In this document: one piece after another, positions 9,499 to 20,056 of the stretch
How positions within the stretch are numbered: position 1 is the first letter of the stretch
How the letters are laid out: the number at the start of each line of letters is the position of its first letter
Assembly: GCA_963771175.1 (NCBI GenBank)
Contig: CAVYSY010000027.1
Location: 64,001-128,000 of the forward strand
Source: an uncultured delta proteobacterium
GTDB taxonomy: Bacteria; Myxococcota; Myxococcia; Myxococcales; Myxococcaceae
Length of the DNA stretch: 64,000 bases
Direction of reading: 5' to 3'
The notes under the pieces: model-generated
Told to the model about the DNA's origin: nothing
Database searches by the model: none
Seen by the model: the letters and a program-made list of their open reading frames with translations, nothing else
Program-made: the position numbers and the translations under genes

Positions 9499-10464
9499 TC
9501 AGAGAAACTGCCGCGACAACTCGTCGATGCGGCCCAGCTCGTCTTGCGAGAGGGTGAATCCCATCGAACCGACGTTCTCCTCGGCGTGGCGCCGCTTCGT
9601 CGCGCCCGGGATGACGACCACCGTGTCCCCGTGAAAGTGGGCCAACCAGTTGAGCGCGACCTGCGAGGCGGTGACGCCGTGGGCGGTGGCGATCTTCCGG
9701 AGCTCGTCGACGAGCGGGCGACTGCGCTCGAGCCCCTTGGCGCGGAAGGCCGGCAGGAACTTGCGTGGACCCGCGCGGCCGCGGATGAGCGACGGGTCAT
9801 CGTGGAACTTCCCCGAGAGCAGGCCCTGGGCCAGCGGGGAGTACGCGATGATCGTGATGCCGAGTTCCTTGGCGGCGGCCATGACCCCGCTCGACTCGAT
9901 GCGACGGTCGAGGAGGCTGTAGGGCATCTGATTGGAGACGAGCGGGATGCCCCGACGCGCGAGCGCGGCGTGGGCCGCGCGCATCCGCTTCGCGGAGAAG
10001 TTGCTGACTCCCACCGTCCGGATCTTCCCCGCCTGGACCAGGTCCGCCATCGCATTGGCCTGGGCCTCGACCGTGGCGAGCGCGAAGGGCTGGTGGATTT
10101 GATGCAGGTCGATGCCGAAGGGACTCAAGCACGCGAGCCGCTCGTCGATCGTCTTGCCGATGTTGGAAGCACCGCGTGGGAAAGGCCACCACTTCGTCGC
10201 GACGACGACGTCACCGGGCTTCTTCCCCAGACGCGTGAGGGCGGCGGCGAGCGCCCGCTCCGAGCGGCCCTTCCCGTAGGCCTCGGCGGTGTCGAACCAG
10301 TTGATGCCACCGAGCAACGACGCCTCGACGATCTCCTGGACCGTCTGGGCGGGCAGCGCCTCCCAGAAGCCTCCCGCGAGGCCGAAGCCCTCGGAGAACT
10401 GCCAGCACCCCAGTCCAACGGCGGAAATCTCTATCTCCGAGCGCCCCAGTCTTCGCAGTTTCAC
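9499..10464 (-). CDS. Aldo/keto reductase
   Basis: GLGCWQ, GINWFDTAEAYG, VVATK, IDLHQIH, GVSNF, YSPLAQGLLSGK and IPGA; probable GTG start at 10464 with GGAGG RBS. Confidence 0.93.
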   Translation of the reverse strand: MKLRRLGRSEIEISAVGLGCWQFSEGFGLAGGFWEALPAQTVQEIVEASLLGGINWFDTAEAYGKGRSERALAAALTRLGKKPGDVVVATKWWPFPRGASNIGKTIDERLACLSPFGIDLHQIHQPFALATVEAQANAMADLVQAGKIRTVGVSNFSAKRMRAAHAALARRGIPLVSNQMPYSLLDRRIESSGVMAAAKELGITIIAYSPLAQGLLSGKFHDDPSLIRGRAGPRKFLPAFRAKGLERSRPLVDELRKIATAHGVTASQVALNWLAHFHGDTVVVIPGATKRRHAEENVGSMGFTLSQDELGRIDELSRQFL

Positions 10465-10604
10465 CGACGCATCCCTCCTGGTGCGGGGACTCTCCCGTGC
10501 CCTTCTTCGGAGGGCAACCTTCGCGCCCCGGACCTGTACGCGCCCCCGCCCCACATGCCAGACTCGCCATGCCTGGGGGCCGGCAGGTTTTCGAGACACA
10601 CGAC

Positions 10605-11594
10605 ATGACCACGACCCGCCGGAAGCTCCGCCGTACCCTCGCCCGACTGCTGCTCCTCGCTCCCGCCCTGCCGCTGGCCGGCTGCGGCCCGGTGTCCTCC
10701 TGCGACCCCGCGGGTGGCGGCTCCGGCGGTCAGACCGACCAGCGAGCCTCGGTCCCCGAGCGCTTCCAGTTCCCCGATGGCCGCACCGTTACCGCGGACA
10801 CCACCTGCGAGCAGCTGTGCAACGCGCTCACCTCCCACTCCCCGGGCGAGCCGTGCAGCGTCTCGGCGAGGGACTCCGCCAACGTTCCCACCGAGGTGAC
10901 GTGCCGCGTGCTGTTCCTCTGCGAGGGCCGCCGCCCCGAGGGACTGCTGAGTGACGGCACCGTGGAGGGCCGCCTGTCCACGCTCGGCGCCTTCTTCGCC
11001 CGCGTGTTCCACCTGGAGGCCGCCTCCGTCCCCGCCTTCGAGCGGCTCGCCGAGGAACTGGAGGCACATGGGGCTCCCGAGCGGCTGGTGCGCGCCGCCC
11101 GGATCGCGGCCGAGGACGAGGTACGGCATGCACGGGCCATGGAGCTGCTGGCCCGGCGCCACGGAGCGCCCCTCCCGGAGGTGCGGGTGGAGCCCTTCCG
11201 CCCGCGCTCGCTGGAGGCGCTCGCGCTGGAGAACGCCATCGAGGGGTGTGTCCGCGAGACCTACGGCGCCATGCTGTCCGGGTGGCAGGCCCGCACCGCC
11301 GGGGACGCCGAGGTCCGCCACGTCATGGGCCCCATCGCCGAGGAGGAGCTGCGGCATGCCGAGCTGTCCTGGGCGCTCGATGCCTGGGCCGCGCGTCGGC
11401 TGGACGCGGAGGCTCGGGCCCGGATTCGGGAGGCCCGGCGCGAGGCCCTGCGCACCCTGGAGCGCGAGGTGGAGGAGCAGGTGACACCGGAGGAGCTCAT
11501 CCAGGTGGCGGGACTGCCCTCTCGCGAAGCCGCGCGCCAGCTCCTGCGCGGGCTGGCGGAGCTGGTGCTCGACGCCGAGCCCGCCCAGGCCTGA
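10605..11594 (+). CDS. Ferritin-like-domain lipoprotein (myxobacterial type) with Cys-rich N-terminal region
   Basis: Lipobox LAGC; di-metal helix motifs LEAASVPAF, EDEVRH, ENAIEGCVRET and EEELRH. Confidence 0.8.
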   Translation: MTTTRRKLRRTLARLLLLAPALPLAGCGPVSSCDPAGGGSGGQTDQRASVPERFQFPDGRTVTADTTCEQLCNALTSHSPGEPCSVSARDSANVPTEVTCRVLFLCEGRRPEGLLSDGTVEGRLSTLGAFFARVFHLEAASVPAFERLAEELEAHGAPERLVRAARIAAEDEVRHARAMELLARRHGAPLPEVRVEPFRPRSLEALALENAIEGCVRETYGAMLSGWQARTAGDAEVRHVMGPIAEEELRHAELSWALDAWAARRLDAEARARIREARREALRTLEREVEEQVTPEELIQVAGLPSREAARQLLRGLAELVLDAEPAQA

Positions 11595-11669
11595 GCAGCG
11601 GGAATTACACGGGCCTCGGAGCGCACGGGGCGCGGGGCTCGCACCCCGCCGCTTCGAGGCCTCCCGCGC

Positions 11670-13217
11670 CTACGGCACGGTGAAGGCGTAGAGCTTGTTG
11701 TTCGGGGTGCCCACGCCGAAGTTGGAGTAACCCGAGCCCCAGTACACCGTCCCGTTCGCCACGGCCGCGCCCGCGTTGCACGAGCCGCCGCTGACGAAGG
11801 TCCACAGGACGGCGCCGGTCCGAGCGTCGAGCGCGTACATGTGGCCCAGGGGGTCGATGGAGCAGCCGAACACGACGCCATTGGCCGTCGACACCGGGGC
11901 GAAGTCGTGCGAGCCCACCGGGTCCGGCGTCTGCCAGAGCTTCTGTCCGGTCGCGGCGTCCAGGGCCGCGAAGCTGCCCCAGGAGCTCGTCCCACCACCG
12001 GGGAGCGGATAGGGGATGCGGTCCAGGTTGGTGGTGGCCGTGTAGATGCGCCCGTCCGCCATGGCCGAGCCCCACATCATGCCGCCGCCCACCGAGCCGG
12101 GCGCCACCTGGGTGCTCCACACGGTGGCCCCGGTGTCCGGGTCGAGCGCCCAGTAGATGCCACTCTTCTGACCCGCGCCCACCAGCTCGCGCTGGTGGCC
12201 ATCCGGGCCTCGCGTGCGGAAGAGGATGGGGCCCTGGCCGATGTCATAATCCGGGCCGCCGGGAGGGGGGCATTCCGCGGGGTTGATGAGGCAGGTCACG
12301 ACGAAGACGTCATACGTATGGAGCTGGCGGCCCCACTTGATGGCCCCCGTCCGAAGGTCGAGCGCGAGCACGGAATCGAAGTAGTTGTCCGGCGCGAGGC
12401 ACGCCGCCGCGGAGGCTCCATCCGGGGCGTTCACCAGGCACGCGCGCACGTCGTCGGGCACGTCGTAGTTGTTGCCGGTGGGCACGTAGAGGGACTGGCG
12501 CTTCATGTCGAGCACGAGCGTGCTGCCCCAGACCGCCCCGCCGGCGTACCCCTCCGGCACCGAGTAGGTCTTCCACACCACCGCGCCAGTGCCCTTGTCC
12601 ATCGCGACCACGCTCCCGCGGAACGTGCAGCAGGGATAGGAGGGGTCCGTGACGACGTTCGACTCGTACGAGGAGATGCCCACGTAGACCCGGTCGCCGT
12701 GGACGATGGGCGATTGGGTGATGACGGCCAGCGGGTGCGACTCGGGATGGGTCTTCCAGAGCAGGTCACCGTTGCGCGCGTCCACGGCCAGGAAGTCACC
12801 GTTCAGCGTGCCCAGGAAGAGCGAGTTGCCGTGAATGGCCGGGGTGTTGCGCGAGCGGCTGCCGGGCACGCCCGTGTACTCGGCAATCTGTCGGGACCAG
12901 ATGCGGGCACCCGTGGCGGCATCCACCTTGTGCAGCCAGCCGGCCCAATCGGGGAAGTACACCGCGCGCTCATCCACCGCCGGGGTGGCGGAGACGTCTC
13001 CCTGGGCCGTGAAGACCCATTTCACATACAGGTGGGGAGCGGTCTCGGGGCTGATGCGCCGCTCGTGCTCGGCGCTGCGCGTGTTGTGCAGATTGGCGCC
13101 GGCATACGGCCAGCGCCCCGGGCCTCCCGCCTGCGCGAGCGCGAGGACGGGCACGAGCGTCACGGCCAGGACCGCGATACCGAGGGCGGTTCGTTCGTCG
13201 GGTTTCGTGGGGAACAT
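11670..13217 (-). CDS. PQQ-binding-like beta-propeller protein (polyvinyl-alcohol dehydrogenase-like)
   Basis: Signal peptide; repeated A[L/V]DxxTGxxxW blades; CCTFRGSVVA and GQKSG motifs. Confidence 0.85.
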   Translation of the reverse strand: MFPTKPDERTALGIAVLAVTLVPVLALAQAGGPGRWPYAGANLHNTRSAEHERRISPETAPHLYVKWVFTAQGDVSATPAVDERAVYFPDWAGWLHKVDAATGARIWSRQIAEYTGVPGSRSRNTPAIHGNSLFLGTLNGDFLAVDARNGDLLWKTHPESHPLAVITQSPIVHGDRVYVGISSYESNVVTDPSYPCCTFRGSVVAMDKGTGAVVWKTYSVPEGYAGGAVWGSTLVLDMKRQSLYVPTGNNYDVPDDVRACLVNAPDGASAAACLAPDNYFDSVLALDLRTGAIKWGRQLHTYDVFVVTCLINPAECPPPGGPDYDIGQGPILFRTRGPDGHQRELVGAGQKSGIYWALDPDTGATVWSTQVAPGSVGGGMMWGSAMADGRIYTATTNLDRIPYPLPGGGTSSWGSFAALDAATGQKLWQTPDPVGSHDFAPVSTANGVVFGCSIDPLGHMYALDARTGAVLWTFVSGGSCNAGAAVANGTVYWGSGYSNFGVGTPNNKLYAFTVP

Positions 13218-13421
13218 GTCTTGTCCTTCGAGGAGGGGCCAGCCGAGCCCTTTCTACCCCGGCTGCTCACCCCTCCGCTCCTCCACCCCCTCCCCTCGGG
13301 GGGCGCACCTCGTGCGCGAGCCCCCGCGCACAGCGCGTCACAGTCGCATCACTCCGCGGACGAATCCGGGGAAGACCCGCGTTAGAGTCCGCCGCTCCGT
13401 ACACCCGCAGAAGGAGTCGTC

Positions 13422-15468
13422 TTGAGAAACGCCGCGCTCTCGCTCGCTGCCGCGCTCACCATGGCCGGCTGCTCCCACTCCACCATGCCGAAAACCGAGC
13501 CCTCCTCCGTCCAGGCCGAAGCCCGCAAGTCCCTGCCTCCTCCCGAGGGCTCCAAGGCCCTCTCCGGCTCGCTCGAGGCCTTCAACGCCGCCTGCACCGC
13601 CGACCTGGAGCGGGCCCGCGCCCAGGTGGCCGCCCTCAAGTCCATGAAGCCCGCCGCCGACGGCCGGGCCGTCCTCGAGGCCTATGACGAGGCCACGGCC
13701 GCCCTCGGCGCCTCCTTCAGCCGCTCCAGCCTCGCCCGCGAGGTCCACCCCGATGCCGCCTTCCGCGACGCCGCCCGCGCGTGCGAGCAGAAGGCCGACG
13801 CCCTCAACGTCGACATCTCCCAGGACCGCGGCGTCTATGACGCCCTCTCCGCCGTGGACCTCTCCCAGTCCGACGCCGCCACGCGCTACTGGATGGAGCG
13901 CACCCTGCTCAACTTCCGCCGCGCCGGCGTGGACCGCGACGACACCACGCGCGCGAAGGTGAAGTCCCTCAACGAGGAGCTCCTCAAGCTCGGCCAGAGC
14001 TTCAACCAGAACATCGCCGAGGACGTGCGCAAGGTGGAGCTGGACCCGAAGGAGCTCGCCGGCCTGCCCGAGGACTTCATCAAGGCCCACGCGCCGGGCG
14101 CCAACGGGAAGGTGGTCCTCACCTCCAACTACCCCGACTACTTCCCCTTCATGACGTACGCGCGCGACGGCAAGGCGCGCGAGAAGGTGTGGCGCGCCTA
14201 CCGCCAGCGGGCGTACCCGAAGAACGTGGAGGTGCTCAATCAGCTCATCGCGAAGCGCCACGAGCTGGCCACGCTGCTGGGCTACCCCACCTGGGCCGCG
14301 TACGTCACCGAGACGAAGATGACGCGCACCCAGCAGACGGCCTCCGACTTCATCGACAAGGTGGCCGCCACCGCCGAGAAGCGCGCGAAGCAGGAGTACG
14401 CGGAGCTGCTCGCCCGCAAGCAGAAGGACGAGCCCAAGGCCACCGTGCTGGAGCCGTGGGACCAGGACTACTACGCGGACCGCGTCCAGGCCGAGCAGCT
14501 CGGCTTCGACTCGCAGGCCCTGCGCCCCTACTTCGAGTACGGGCGCGTGAAGAAGGGCGTGATGGACATCACCTCGCGCATGTGGGGCATCACCTTCGTG
14601 CCGGTGAAGGACGCCTCGGTGTGGCACTCGGACGTGGAGACCTACGACATCACCGAGAACGGCACGCCGCTGGGCCGCATCTACCTGGACATGCACCCGC
14701 GTGAGGACAAGTACAAGCACGCGGCCCAGTTCGACGTCGTGGCGGGCCAGGCCGGCAAGCGCTACCCGGAGGGCGCGCTGGTGTGCAACTTCCCGCGCCC
14801 CGGCGAGCTGATGACGCAGGACGAGGTGGAGACCTTCTTCCACGAGTTCGGCCACCTGCTGCACCACGTCTTCGCGGGCCGCCAGCAGTGGACGGGCATC
14901 ACCGGCATCTCCACCGAGTGGGACTTCGTGGAGACGCCCTCGATGCTGCTGCAGCAGTGGGCCTCCAACCCCACCGTCCTCCAGGAGTTCGCCCGCCACC
15001 ACCAGACGGGCGAGACGATTCCCACCGCGACTGGTGGAGAAGCTCCGGGCCTCGAAGGAGTTCGGCAAGGGCCTGTGGACGCGCCGGCAGATGTTCCTGG
15101 CCGCCGTGTCGCTGGACTACTACTCGCGCGCGCCGGGCTTCGACACCACCGACGCGATGAAGAAGCAGCAGGAGAAGTACAGCCCGTTCCGCCACGAGTA
15201 CCGGGACGGCACGCACTTCCAGCTCGCCTTCGGGCACCTGGAGGGGTACTCGGCCGCCTACTACACGTACGTGTGGTCGCTCGTCATCGCCAAGGACCTG
15301 GAGACCGAGTTCCAGAAGCACGGCTACCTGGACCCGGCCACCACCATGAAGTACCGCAAGAGGGTGCTCGAGCCCGGTGGCTCCAAGCCCGCCGCCGAGC
15401 TGGTGAAGGACTTCCTCGGCCGGCCCTATGGCTTCGAGGCCTACCGCGAGTACCTCGACGCGAAGTAG
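13422..15468 (+). CDS. M3 family metallopeptidase (thimet oligopeptidase-like) lipoprotein; frameshift near 15025
   Basis: Lipobox MAGC; YLDMHPR..KY, HEFGH zinc motif and DFVETPS; the C-terminal FGHL.GYSAAYYTYVWS lies in ORF 15034-15468. Confidence 0.9.
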
Positions 15469-15538
15469 GCCTCCGGACGGGCAGCCATCCTGACGCGCCC
15501 CTGGGAACGAGGGGGTGCGTCAGGACGGGCCTTCCAGT

Positions 15539-16141
15539 ATGAAGCGGCCCGCAATGGAAACCGCTGAGACGTTGCAGCTCCGCATCCGAGCAGCCACCGA
15601 CAAGGACATGCTGCTCGGCATCTTCTTCGATGCCTCGATGAGCACCCTCGAACGGCTGCTGGGCGCACCGGAAGTCGAGTCCGTGCGCGCGGAGGTGTTC
15701 GGCAAGCGCCGCCTGGTGAGCTTCTTCCGCTACCCGGTGGCCGACATCCTCCAGCTCGTCGAGCAGGGCGTGAAGCGGAGCAAGCCGGGCTCACGGAGCT
15801 ACCACCAAGTCGCCATGGAGCTCGGCCGCTCGGCGGCGGGGACCTTCGTCGACTCGCAATCCGGCAAGATGATGTCCTTCCTCGCGGGCGACAACCCCCA
15901 CCGACTCCTGGCGAGCGCGCCCGCGGCCTACAAGGCCGTGACCACCTTTGGAGAGCGCTCCTACGAGCGGGTGGGCGAGAAGGCCGCCCGGATGCACTTC
16001 CGAGCGGACCTGCTGGGCCCGAGCTGGCAGCAGGGCGTGGTGGAGCAGGCCCTCGGCTCCATGTCCCAGATGAAGCCCCGCGTGCGAGTGGAAATGAAGA
16101 ACGCCTCCGGTACAGACTTCACCGCCCACGTGGAGTGGTGA
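15539..16141 (+). CDS. DUF2378 / TIGR02265 myxobacterial family protein
   Basis: GIFF, FFRYPVAD, LGR..., PHRLL...PAAYK...FGER and C-terminal 'EW' fit the family; the start could be 15554. Confidence 0.8.
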   Translation: MKRPAMETAETLQLRIRAATDKDMLLGIFFDASMSTLERLLGAPEVESVRAEVFGKRRLVSFFRYPVADILQLVEQGVKRSKPGSRSYHQVAMELGRSAAGTFVDSQSGKMMSFLAGDNPHRLLASAPAAYKAVTTFGERSYERVGEKAARMHFRADLLGPSWQQGVVEQALGSMSQMKPRVRVEMKNASGTDFTAHVEW

Positions 16142-16165
16142 GGGCGGTCTCAACGGAGAGTCCTC

Positions 16166-16822
16166 TTGGAAGCAGTCAGCACCCCGCGCATCAAGATTTG
16201 CTGCATCGCCAGTGTCGAGGAGGCCCGGGCCGCCATCCGCGCCGGAGCCTCGGCGCTGGGACTCGTCTCCTCGATGCCCAGTGGGCCCGGTGTCATTCCG
16301 GAGTCGCTCATCGCGGAGATCGCCGCCGCCGTGCCGCCGCCCATCGCCACCTTCCTGCTCACGAGCAGCCAGGACGCCGGAGCCATCATCGCGCAGCAGC
16401 GGCGCTGCCGGACCAACACGGTGCAGCTCTGCGACCGGCTCACCTCGGGAAACTACGCGGACCTGCGCGGGGCCATGCCGGGCGTGTCGCTCGTGCAGGT
16501 CATCCACGTCACCGGCGAGGAGTCCCTGCAGGAGGCGCTCTCCGTGGCGCCGCACGTGGATGCCCTGCTGCTCGACTCGGGCAACCAGTCCCTGATGGTG
16601 AAGGAACTGGGTGGCACCGGACGCGTCCACGACTGGAGCGTCAGCCGGCGCATCCGCGAGCAGGTGCGCATCCCCATCTTCCTCGCCGGAGGACTGCGCC
16701 CGGAGAACGTGCGCGAGGCCATCCAGCAGGTGGGGCCTTTCGGGCTCGACCTGTGCAGCGGCGTGCGGACGGCGGGCAGGCTGGACGAGGAGAAGCTCGG
16801 GCGGTTCTTCGCGCGAATCTGA
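16166..16822 (+). CDS. trpF: Phosphoribosylanthranilate isomerase
   Basis: IKICCI, LLLDS, GGTGRVHDW, LAGGLRPENV and DLCSGV motifs. Confidence 0.88.
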   Translation: MEAVSTPRIKICCIASVEEARAAIRAGASALGLVSSMPSGPGVIPESLIAEIAAAVPPPIATFLLTSSQDAGAIIAQQRRCRTNTVQLCDRLTSGNYADLRGAMPGVSLVQVIHVTGEESLQEALSVAPHVDALLLDSGNQSLMVKELGGTGRVHDWSVSRRIREQVRIPIFLAGGLRPENVREAIQQVGPFGLDLCSGVRTAGRLDEEKLGRFFARI

Positions 16823-16841
16823 GCCCCCGGCTCCACGGGTC

Positions 16842-19265
16842 TCACCCGGTCTCGTCCCGAGCGGGCTCACTCAGCGGATCCGACAGGACGGTGAGGATCG
16901 GCCGTGCCTCATCCAGCAACGGAGCGAAGAGGGTGAGCTGTTCGGGAGCCGCGAACACCGCGGCGAAATCCTCGGGAGTCAGCGCGCGCACCAGCCGGGC
17001 CGCGAACGTCTCGCGCAGCAGTCGGACATAGAACTCGACGTCGTAGTCCTCGCGCGAAACGCTCGGGGCGCCGCCCGTGTCGTCGGCATCCGGGTCGGCC
17101 AGCAGTCCCGCTCGCCCTCCCACCGCTCGGTAGACCCGGACGTGCTCGCCCGGAGTCCAGTGGGTCCGCCCACTCGCCAGCACGGCCTCGTAGGACAGCT
17201 CGCGCCGGCTCTCGCGCGTGGCGAGGTACTCCCGCGGGCTCTTCGTCAGCCGGACACGTGCCGCCACCTCGATGGCCGGGACAGCCCGCCGCCGCAGCGC
17301 GGTCACCGTCTCCACATAGACATTCCGCACGCCCGGAAGGTCACCCGCGAGCAGACAGCTCAGCGCCCGACGCAGGAAGTTCTCGCCGAAGGGCTCCGCC
17401 CGACTGGACCGGAACGCCACACCGCGCAGCACGAGGGGACCCTCGTAGGGCTGCAGCGCATAGTTCTTCGGCTCGTGCGAGAGCATCGCGGCGTAGCGTC
17501 CGTCGAACTCGAGCCGGACACGGGGTGGCAGCAGGGCCGCGACCTCGGAGACCACCCGGCGCTCGTCGGCCTCGCGCCAGTCGTCCGGCACGGCGAAGTA
17601 CACGCCATCCGTGTCGGCCTCCAGCAACGTGACGCCCCGTCGTGCCAGCTCGCGGCAGAGCAGCCCCAGCACCTCGCGCCCGCGCCGCGTCACCTCGTTG
17701 GCGGCGTGCACATCCGAGAAGCGCGTGAGCCCGACCGCGCCGAGGTAGCCGTAGGCCGAGTTGACGACGATCTTCATCGCCGCCGAGAGCGCCTCGTCCG
17801 TGTGACGCTCCGGTGAGCCGGGCGCCGCGGCACGCGCCCGCGCCTTGGCCGCCAGCCGCTGCTCCACGAGCCGGTCGACCAGGGCGAGCAGCACGCCGAG
17901 CCGATCCCTCCGCGGTCCGATCCGATACTCGCGCATCAGCGACGGGTACAGGCTGGCGACGTCGGCCTTCACGATGTTCCGTGCCACGCCCGTGGCGAAC
18001 AGGTGGAGCGCCGCACCACTGTGGGGCGTGCCATCCCCTGCTTCGTGTGAGGGCAGCGCGGCTCCCTCGCGGAGGTAGGCGCGCACGAGGAGCGGGTCGA
18101 GCACTCCGGTGGCGGGCCCCGCGTCCGCGAGGCGCTCGTAGCGACGCGGAGCCATGCGGGCGAGCGCGAAGGCCGCCCCGCCGAGCAGGCGCGCGAGACC
18201 GGCGGCCTCCGTCACGTCGTCGCGGGCGTAGCGCCGCACGCGCTCGGGGTCGTGGCGGAAGACCTCGTGCACCCGGGCTCCCGGAATGTGCTCCCGCGCC
18301 GGCCCCGCGAGGCCGAGGTGCCGCGCGACGGCCTTGAGCCCGTGGCCCGGCAGGTCTCGGGCCGCGAAGTCGTGCCGCATCACGGCGTCCAGCGTGTCGA
18401 TCAACTCGCGGCCGGGCAGCGTGTACCGCGAGCGGCGCATCGGGTCGGCGGCGCGGTCTGTCGAGCCACGTCCCAATGCGGACCCCCGGGCGGCGGGGCG
18501 CAGTCGCAGGCCCGGATTGCCAGCACGTCCCAGCGCGAGCGGTACGCCGAGCAACCGCGCGCGGCGGGCGAGGAACGGCAGGTCGAAGCCGTGCAGGTTG
18601 TGGTTCTCGATGACGTCGGGGTCCAAGGCGCGGACGCGCGCGACCAACCGGTGGAGAAGCTCGGCCTCGGCGGCGGCGTCGTCGCCGGAGACCTCGAGGA
18701 CCTCGGTCCCGCCATCGGGAGCGCGCAGTGCCACGAGGAAGATCCGATCCCGATCGGGCTCCAGCCCGGTGGTCTCGAGATCGAACTGCATGCGGTGCAG
18801 GTCGTCGAAACCAAGCCCGCGAAAATACGTGCGCCCCGATGCGATGAGGTACTGCTCCTCTGGTGGCAGCGCGAGCACGGTGTCAGCCCCCAGCTCACGC
18901 AGATTCCTGAACGAGCGACCCAGGCGCCGCGCGGCACCCTGGAGCACGGCCGCGGCCAGCGCGCGCCCATCGTCCGCACGGACCACGTAACGAAGCGCGC
19001 CGGGCCCCTGCAGTTCCTCGTAGCTCACCCGGTTCGGCGCGGACCCCTCACGCTCGGGACGAAGCCTCGCGCCGAGGTGCGCCAGGTCATCCAGTGAAGC
19101 GAGGAGCAGCCATGGGCGGAAGCGCACGTCTTCCCGCACGAGAGCGCCAGTCCCTGGGAGCCGCCGCCAGACGAAGGCACGGCCATCGGGCTCCGCCCAC
19201 ACCGAGACAATGCCCGGCGTGGGATCCCAGCCCCAGAGCCACTCGTCCTCCCTCGTGTCGGCCAT
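16842..19265 (-). CDS. polB: Family B DNA polymerase (Pol II-like) with 3'-5' exonuclease domain
   Basis: ExoI FDLETTG, ExoII HNLHGFDLPFL, ExoIII YARDD; polymerase motifs DVASLYPS, KIVVNSAYG and DTDG. Confidence 0.9.
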   Translation of the reverse strand: MADTREDEWLWGWDPTPGIVSVWAEPDGRAFVWRRLPGTGALVREDVRFRPWLLLASLDDLAHLGARLRPEREGSAPNRVSYEELQGPGALRYVVRADDGRALAAAVLQGAARRLGRSFRNLRELGADTVLALPPEEQYLIASGRTYFRGLGFDDLHRMQFDLETTGLEPDRDRIFLVALRAPDGGTEVLEVSGDDAAAEAELLHRLVARVRALDPDVIENHNLHGFDLPFLARRARLLGVPLALGRAGNPGLRLRPAARGSALGRGSTDRAADPMRRSRYTLPGRELIDTLDAVMRHDFAARDLPGHGLKAVARHLGLAGPAREHIPGARVHEVFRHDPERVRRYARDDVTEAAGLARLLGGAAFALARMAPRRYERLADAGPATGVLDPLLVRAYLREGAALPSHEAGDGTPHSGAALHLFATGVARNIVKADVASLYPSLMREYRIGPRRDRLGVLLALVDRLVEQRLAAKARARAAAPGSPERHTDEALSAAMKIVVNSAYGYLGAVGLTRFSDVHAANEVTRRGREVLGLLCRELARRGVTLLEADTDGVYFAVPDDWREADERRVVSEVAALLPPRVRLEFDGRYAAMLSHEPKNYALQPYEGPLVLRGVAFRSSRAEPFGENFLRRALSCLLAGDLPGVRNVYVETVTALRRRAVPAIEVAARVRLTKSPREYLATRESRRELSYEAVLASGRTHWTPGEHVRVYRAVGGRAGLLADPDADDTGGAPSVSREDYDVEFYVRLLRETFAARLVRALTPEDFAAVFAAPEQLTLFAPLLDEARPILTVLSDPLSEPARDETG

Positions 19266-19331
19266 CGCGTTTCCGTGGCACTCGAATACCACGGCCCCGC
19301 GCGGCGATGGGTCGGACCGGAGCCCGAGGCT

Positions 19332-19916
19332 TCACGCCGCGCCGCGACCGGAGGGCGTGGGGATGTTGGGACCACGAGGCCGAGGGGCTCCGGGACGCGA
19401 CCTCGCCCGCCACACCGCCGCCGAGTAGTCCACCACCGACGCGAGCGCCGTGAGCCCCACGGCGATGACCAACGGGCGCACCAGCCCCGGCGCCAACAGC
19501 ACCGCCAGCAGCGCCGCGAGTTGCAGCGTCGTCACCACCTTGCCCAGCATCCGCGCCTTGAACATCACCAGGCGGAACCGCGGCAGGAGGCGCGACACCA
19601 CGAAGCCCAGCCCCGTTGCCACGTCCCGCACCACCAGGACGCCGAACTCCAGGGGCGTCAGCCTCCCCTCCAGCACGAAGGAGAACAGCGCCACCATCAC
19701 GAAGCCCCGGTCCGCGATCGGGTCGATGAGCGCCCCCCAATACGTCTCCAGGTGCTTGTGACGCGCGATGTACCCGTCCAGGAAGTCCGTCAACCCCGCG
19801 GCCACCACCAGGCCCACCCGGACCCAGGGGTCCTCCAGCACGACGAAGAGGGCCGCGAGCGGCAGGCGGGACAGCGACAACGCATTGAGGAGCGTGAGGC
19901 TCGTGCGGCGGCGCAT
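19332..19916 (-). CDS. CDP-alcohol phosphatidyltransferase (PgsA-like)
   Basis: NALSLSR and TDFLDGYIAR...GALIDPIADR signature. Confidence 0.9.
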   Translation of the reverse strand: MRRRTSLTLLNALSLSRLPLAALFVVLEDPWVRVGLVVAAGLTDFLDGYIARHKHLETYWGALIDPIADRGFVMVALFSFVLEGRLTPLEFGVLVVRDVATGLGFVVSRLLPRFRLVMFKARMLGKVVTTLQLAALLAVLLAPGLVRPLVIAVGLTALASVVDYSAAVWRARSRPGAPRPRGPNIPTPSGRGAA

Positions 19917-20056
19917 ACCGCCCTAACCTAGGGATGCCTCCCGCCTGTGACCTGTGAAGAGGCGAGGGCCTGCCTGCCCCTCCGCCGTGGAACCTGCCGC
20001 ACGCGCCGTTGTCCAAGGGCTCCGAGAAACGAATCCACCCATTCTGGAGGCAGTCC

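Noticed and set aside
13422..15468. Programmed ribosomal frameshifting in the M3 peptidase and other split genes
   Set aside because: No slippery heptamers are evident, and indels are widespread in unrelated genes; sequencing error is more parsimonious.
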